Virus record (IMG/VR): IMGVR_UViG_3300027848_000027
Location: 1-54,888 of that record
Length of the DNA: 54,888 nt
From: a virus
Lineage: Duplodnaviria; Caudoviricetes
Reading direction: 5' to 3' (one strand)
Made by a program: the position numbers and the translations under genes. The notes beneath the pieces were generated by a model that worked only from the letters and a program-made list of their open reading frames with translations, did not search any database and was not told the origin of the DNA. Below are positions 51,585-54,888 of the stretch, one piece after another (within the stretch, counting starts at the first letter, position 1; every line of letters starts with the position of its first letter).

Positions 51585-52141
51585 TGTTATTAAACGCTAG
51601 AAATAATGGATTTGTTGTCTTATTTCCACCTGATTTTTTTGGTGATGAGATTAAAGAGAAGTATAAGAAATATTACCAAAGTCTAATATTACCATATGAT
51701 ACGATTGAGGAATTTATGACATCGACCGTTCAACAGATAGATTTTCCAGGATGGGATATTCCAATTGTTTCTCAAACTAGAACACTCGGTAAGCAACAAG
51801 GATATAAGGCGCCTACTCCGATTGAAGATGTATTCAAAAGAGAATTTACAATCACGTTTAAAATGACAGACGCATTCCTGAACTATTTTATATTCCTAGA
51901 TAATGCAATAGATTATTTAAGTCACATAGATCATAATAACCTAAAAAACGCGTTTGGTCCAATTAGAATGGCAATGTTAAACAATGAAGGATATATGGTA
52001 TCATCCATCCTATTTAATAAACCTTTACTAACGGGACAAGATGGAATTAAATTCTCATATAGTTCAGTAACTCCTGATTTCAGAACATTTACTGCTAAGT
52101 TTGAATACTTAGATTTTGATCTAGATATAGATTTTGATTAA
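51584..52141 (+). CDS. Putative tail tube completion protein (T4 gp3-like)
   Basis: VQQIDFPG, EFTITFKM.D..LNY and FTAKFEY fit a tube-fold pattern. Confidence 0.55.
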   Translation: MLLNARNNGFVVLFPPDFFGDEIKEKYKKYYQSLILPYDTIEEFMTSTVQQIDFPGWDIPIVSQTRTLGKQQGYKAPTPIEDVFKREFTITFKMTDAFLNYFIFLDNAIDYLSHIDHNNLKNAFGPIRMAMLNNEGYMVSSILFNKPLLTGQDGIKFSYSSVTPDFRTFTAKFEYLDFDLDIDFD

Positions 52142-52680
52142 TCTTTATTTATGTTACCGTGAAGGTTTTTATCTTCTAATTCTTTAAGAGCAAGTTTCTT
52201 TTCCCATGATCCTATTGCATGTCGCTTTTGTCTGAATGCCCAGTTTAACGCGTTGCTTAATTGGTGACCTCTATTAAACATGAAAATCTTATAATATTCT
52301 AAAAATCCAACAGATGCTGATATCGTAGTTTGCTTATTGCCGAATGAAGTTTTTTCCTCCATCGCTATTGCATCCTCTAACCATTCTCCCCATACATTTC
52401 CAAGCTCATCATATCGTTCTGCGAATCCTAAATATATCACATCTCCTAAGAATGCATATGTTCCGTCTATTACTCTCCACCATATTTTAAAAAACACTTT
52501 CCAATCCCTTTCTTTAAATGGCATATAAAATGAATATAATATCGTATATGGTATTCCAAATACAATAACCGGAGTGAATACTATTGCTGATCCAATTGTC
52601 GTAATTACTCCATATCTAAATTCCTTAGATACAAGTAATCCTAATAATACAAATGCTGATATTCCTATAATCCATCCCAT
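52138..52680 (-). CDS. Membrane protein of unknown function
   Basis: Two N-terminal hydrophobic helices. DELGNV...FG....TISASVG motif. Confidence 0.65.
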   Translation of the reverse strand: MGWIIGISAFVLLGLLVSKEFRYGVITTIGSAIVFTPVIVFGIPYTILYSFYMPFKERDWKVFFKIWWRVIDGTYAFLGDVIYLGFAERYDELGNVWGEWLEDAIAMEEKTSFGNKQTTISASVGFLEYYKIFMFNRGHQLSNALNWAFRQKRHAIGSWEKKLALKELEDKNLHGNINKD

Positions 52681-52741
52681 GTTAAAATATTATTGTATAT
52701 TACCTTTACTTTTTCTCTATATCACTTATTAAGTTGAATAA

Positions 52742-54253
52742 TTATATTTCGATAAACCACGCAGTTATGTTAGGACTAGGTATTCCCGTACCATTACAAT
52801 AGAACGAAATTTTATCTCCTGCATTGATCAGTATATTTAATCCTGATGCGAATCCACTATCGGATGAAAATATTGATAGGGATCCGGCATTCACTCCATT
52901 TATATGAACCTCAGCATCCCATGTTTCTACTCCGTCACAACTAGCACTAATATCAGTTATTTCACATTTGAATGTAGCAATATAAGGAGACGTATTAGTA
53001 AATACGTTACCGACTCCTATTAAATATATATTAGTCGTATTGTTATTATTTCCAGCAGACCACGTCCATGTTTTACGCGGAACAGGATGAACGAGCGGAG
53101 AAGATACCCATAATCCAGAAGATCCTGCATATATTAGTATGTCTCCATCGTTTGGTGTATCTGCATCAACATCTGATAATTCACTAAGTAACATAATAAT
53201 ATCAACTGTTACATACTTATCGGGTGATTCAATAATTGAGAATTTCTCACTAAAATCTAAATGTTCAATATCTGCATCTCCAACTACTATTCCATTTGAT
53301 AATATATCATATAATGTTCCTGGATTAGATGGACCACCGGTTGATGATATTGTAATATCACTTGCTAGAGTTCCGCCATTATCTACAATTGAAATTGTCG
53401 TATTTGCTCCTTCTATAAAATTTAGTATTCCTCTTGTTGATATTAGAGAACCTGCTTTCTTAACTTTAATAGGCGGTGATACTGCGTTCGCTTCTAGTGT
53501 ATTTGCAATATCATCATATGTCCAATCTATAGTTGCAGTATTCTGAATGAGAGCCGATACTCTATCATCTACTCTTTCATTTGTAAAATATAAATTTGAT
53601 CCTTCTGATAAGTTAGTTGTTGAAAATGGAGTTAGTGAAATATTTCCAGTTAATGTATTAGCCGGATCGTTATATGTCCAAGTTAAACCCGTACCATTTT
53701 TAATAAGTACCGCAACTCGATCATCGATTACTTCTGTTGTAAAATATTTATTAGTTGCACCTTCAATAAGATCATCCGTATTAAACGGAGATAAAGAAAT
53801 AGTAGGAGTTAATGTGTTTGCCGGATCGTTATACGACCATGATATTCCTGTACCATTCTGTATTAAACTCGACACTCTGTCGTCAACTCTTTCGTTAGTA
53901 TAATATAGACTAATACCTTCAGCTAAGTTAGTTGTAGAGAATGGAGCAAGTGACACATTTCCAATTAAGGTATTTGCAATATCATTATATGTCCAAGTTA
54001 AACCCGTACCATTTAATATCAAAGACGATACGCGATCGTCAACTCTTTCGTTTGTGAAATATAAATTTGAACCCTCGGTTACTCCATCGGTTGTGATGGC
54101 TAATGTTTCTGGATCTGCCCACGTTACGTTACCAACACCGTCCGTTACCATTACGAATCCATATGATCCATCTGATGTTGGCAGAGTATATGAATTAGCT
54201 ATTTCTAGGAATCCTTTGACTGATAAGTTTGTATATGTCTTAGTTATTTTCAC
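52742..54253 (-). CDS. Fibre-like virion protein with tandem repeats
   Basis: YTLPTSDG...VTDG.GN..W, four EGSNLYFT.ERVDDRV repeats and LSELSDVD...DGDILIY....W fibre motifs. Confidence 0.75.
   Translation of the reverse strand: MKITKTYTNLSVKGFLEIANSYTLPTSDGSYGFVMVTDGVGNVTWADPETLAITTDGVTEGSNLYFTNERVDDRVSSLILNGTGLTWTYNDIANTLIGNVSLAPFSTTNLAEGISLYYTNERVDDRVSSLIQNGTGISWSYNDPANTLTPTISLSPFNTDDLIEGATNKYFTTEVIDDRVAVLIKNGTGLTWTYNDPANTLTGNISLTPFSTTNLSEGSNLYFTNERVDDRVSALIQNTATIDWTYDDIANTLEANAVSPPIKVKKAGSLISTRGILNFIEGANTTISIVDNGGTLASDITISSTGGPSNPGTLYDILSNGIVVGDADIEHLDFSEKFSIIESPDKYVTVDIIMLLSELSDVDADTPNDGDILIYAGSSGLWVSSPLVHPVPRKTWTWSAGNNNNTTNIYLIGVGNVFTNTSPYIATFKCEITDISASCDGVETWDAEVHINGVNAGSLSIFSSDSGFASGLNILINAGDKISFYCNGTGIPSPNITAWFIEI
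53485..54091 (-). repeat. Four ~52-aa (156-159 bp) intragenic tandem repeats
   Basis: The unit T.NL.EG.NLYFTNERVDDRVSSLI.NGTG..W.YND.ANTL...SL.PF is repeated about four times, the last copy partial. Confidence 0.88.
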
Positions 54254-54274
54254 AAATCTAATATTTAATTTTTA

Positions 54275-54550
54275 TTAATCAATTGTATCTACTATTATTT
54301 GATCAATTACATCATGTGAAATAGCTGCAACTGGTTCTTTAATATCAAGTGTTAATATTGTAGATTTAGCGGATGCTTTAATAGCTGTAATATTAGCAGA
54401 TTCTGGTAAATCAGAATTCATCCACTCATACATACATCCATTTTCATCTAATACCGATATTACCCAATAACTATGTATTCTGTCTACTTTAAATGATTCA
54501 CATCTTGTGAATTTGCAAGAATTTGCCTGTTTTGCCGTGAATTTAGCCAT
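54275..54550 (-). CDS. Hypothetical late protein
   Basis: 91-aa ORF with tandem TAAATA motifs upstream at 54567-54580. Confidence 0.7.
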   Translation of the reverse strand: MAKFTAKQANSCKFTRCESFKVDRIHSYWVISVLDENGCMYEWMNSDLPESANITAIKASAKSTILTLDIKEPVAAISHDVIDQIIVDTID

Positions 54551-54704
54551 TATATCATCGTTATTTTATTTATTTATTTACAATAATATTAGTATTGCAC
54601 AGTTTGCATATAGTAAGTAGTATCATTGAAATATCCATTCGTAGTTGGAGTAACTACACGTGGCGTAAATGTTGCGCCAATTCCCAGTCCATCATTACCT
54701 CATT

Positions 54705-54887
54705 TTATAATTCTAACCAAGTATTATCAGGTTGGAATCTTATGATTACACCACCTGCAGGGTCAGATATATTATGTCCTATTAATCTTACAACTTCACC
54801 TGCAGTGGTTGGAGCGACTTCTGTAACATCTCCAGCATTACCAGCACCACTTGTTTGAATATATAATGGTTTTCCAGGGGATGCTGA
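54705..54887 (-). CDS. C-terminal end of a fibre/decoration-like protein (runs off the window)
   Basis: Read manually: ...SPGKPLYIQTSGAGNAGDVTEVAPTTAGEVVRLIGH...FQPDNTWLEL*. The G.PLY...APT..G.VVR.IG pattern is common at phage fibre C-termini. Confidence 0.7.
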   Translation of the reverse strand, partial: SASPGKPLYIQTSGAGNAGDVTEVAPTTAGEVVRLIGHNISDPAGGVIIRFQPDNTWLEL

Positions 54888-54888
54888 T

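Overview
This AT-rich, very gene-dense 54.9-kb window looks like part of a large T4-like contractile-tailed (jumbo/huge) phage. The host is probably Bacteroidota: there are no Shine-Dalgarno motifs, and the NrdJ, 3'-5' exonuclease and histone H1-like proteins are Bacteroidota-like. It opens inside the tail sheath gene. Positions 2.1-27.5 kb are mostly minus-strand replication, nucleotide-metabolism and host-takeover genes: GroES and GroEL, RNase H/FEN, gp32-like SSB, class II RNR, dUTPase, an rpS1 homolog, exonucleases, UDP-glucose dehydrogenase, a NUMOD3 homing endonuclease, Thg1 with a phosphoesterase, and LemA with a TPM protein. After a divergent intergenic region at about 27.6-27.8 kb come RuvC, a gp55-like late sigma factor and a plus-strand baseplate/tail/neck block. 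The main observations are: (1) an inverted, internally duplicated ~270-bp copy of the tail sheath gene embedded in the 3' end of a tail-fibre gene 47 kb away; (2) four scattered late genes sharing a T4-like capsid-targeting N-terminus, one a HExxH metallopeptidase; (3) a recurring non-canonical promoter, RAAAYY-N16/17-TATAAT, alongside T4-like TAAATA late promoters and repeated terminator-plus-late-promoter cassettes; (4) candidate structured RNAs and a G-quadruplex-like tract at the strand switch. All product calls come from reading motifs by eye; no database searches were run.
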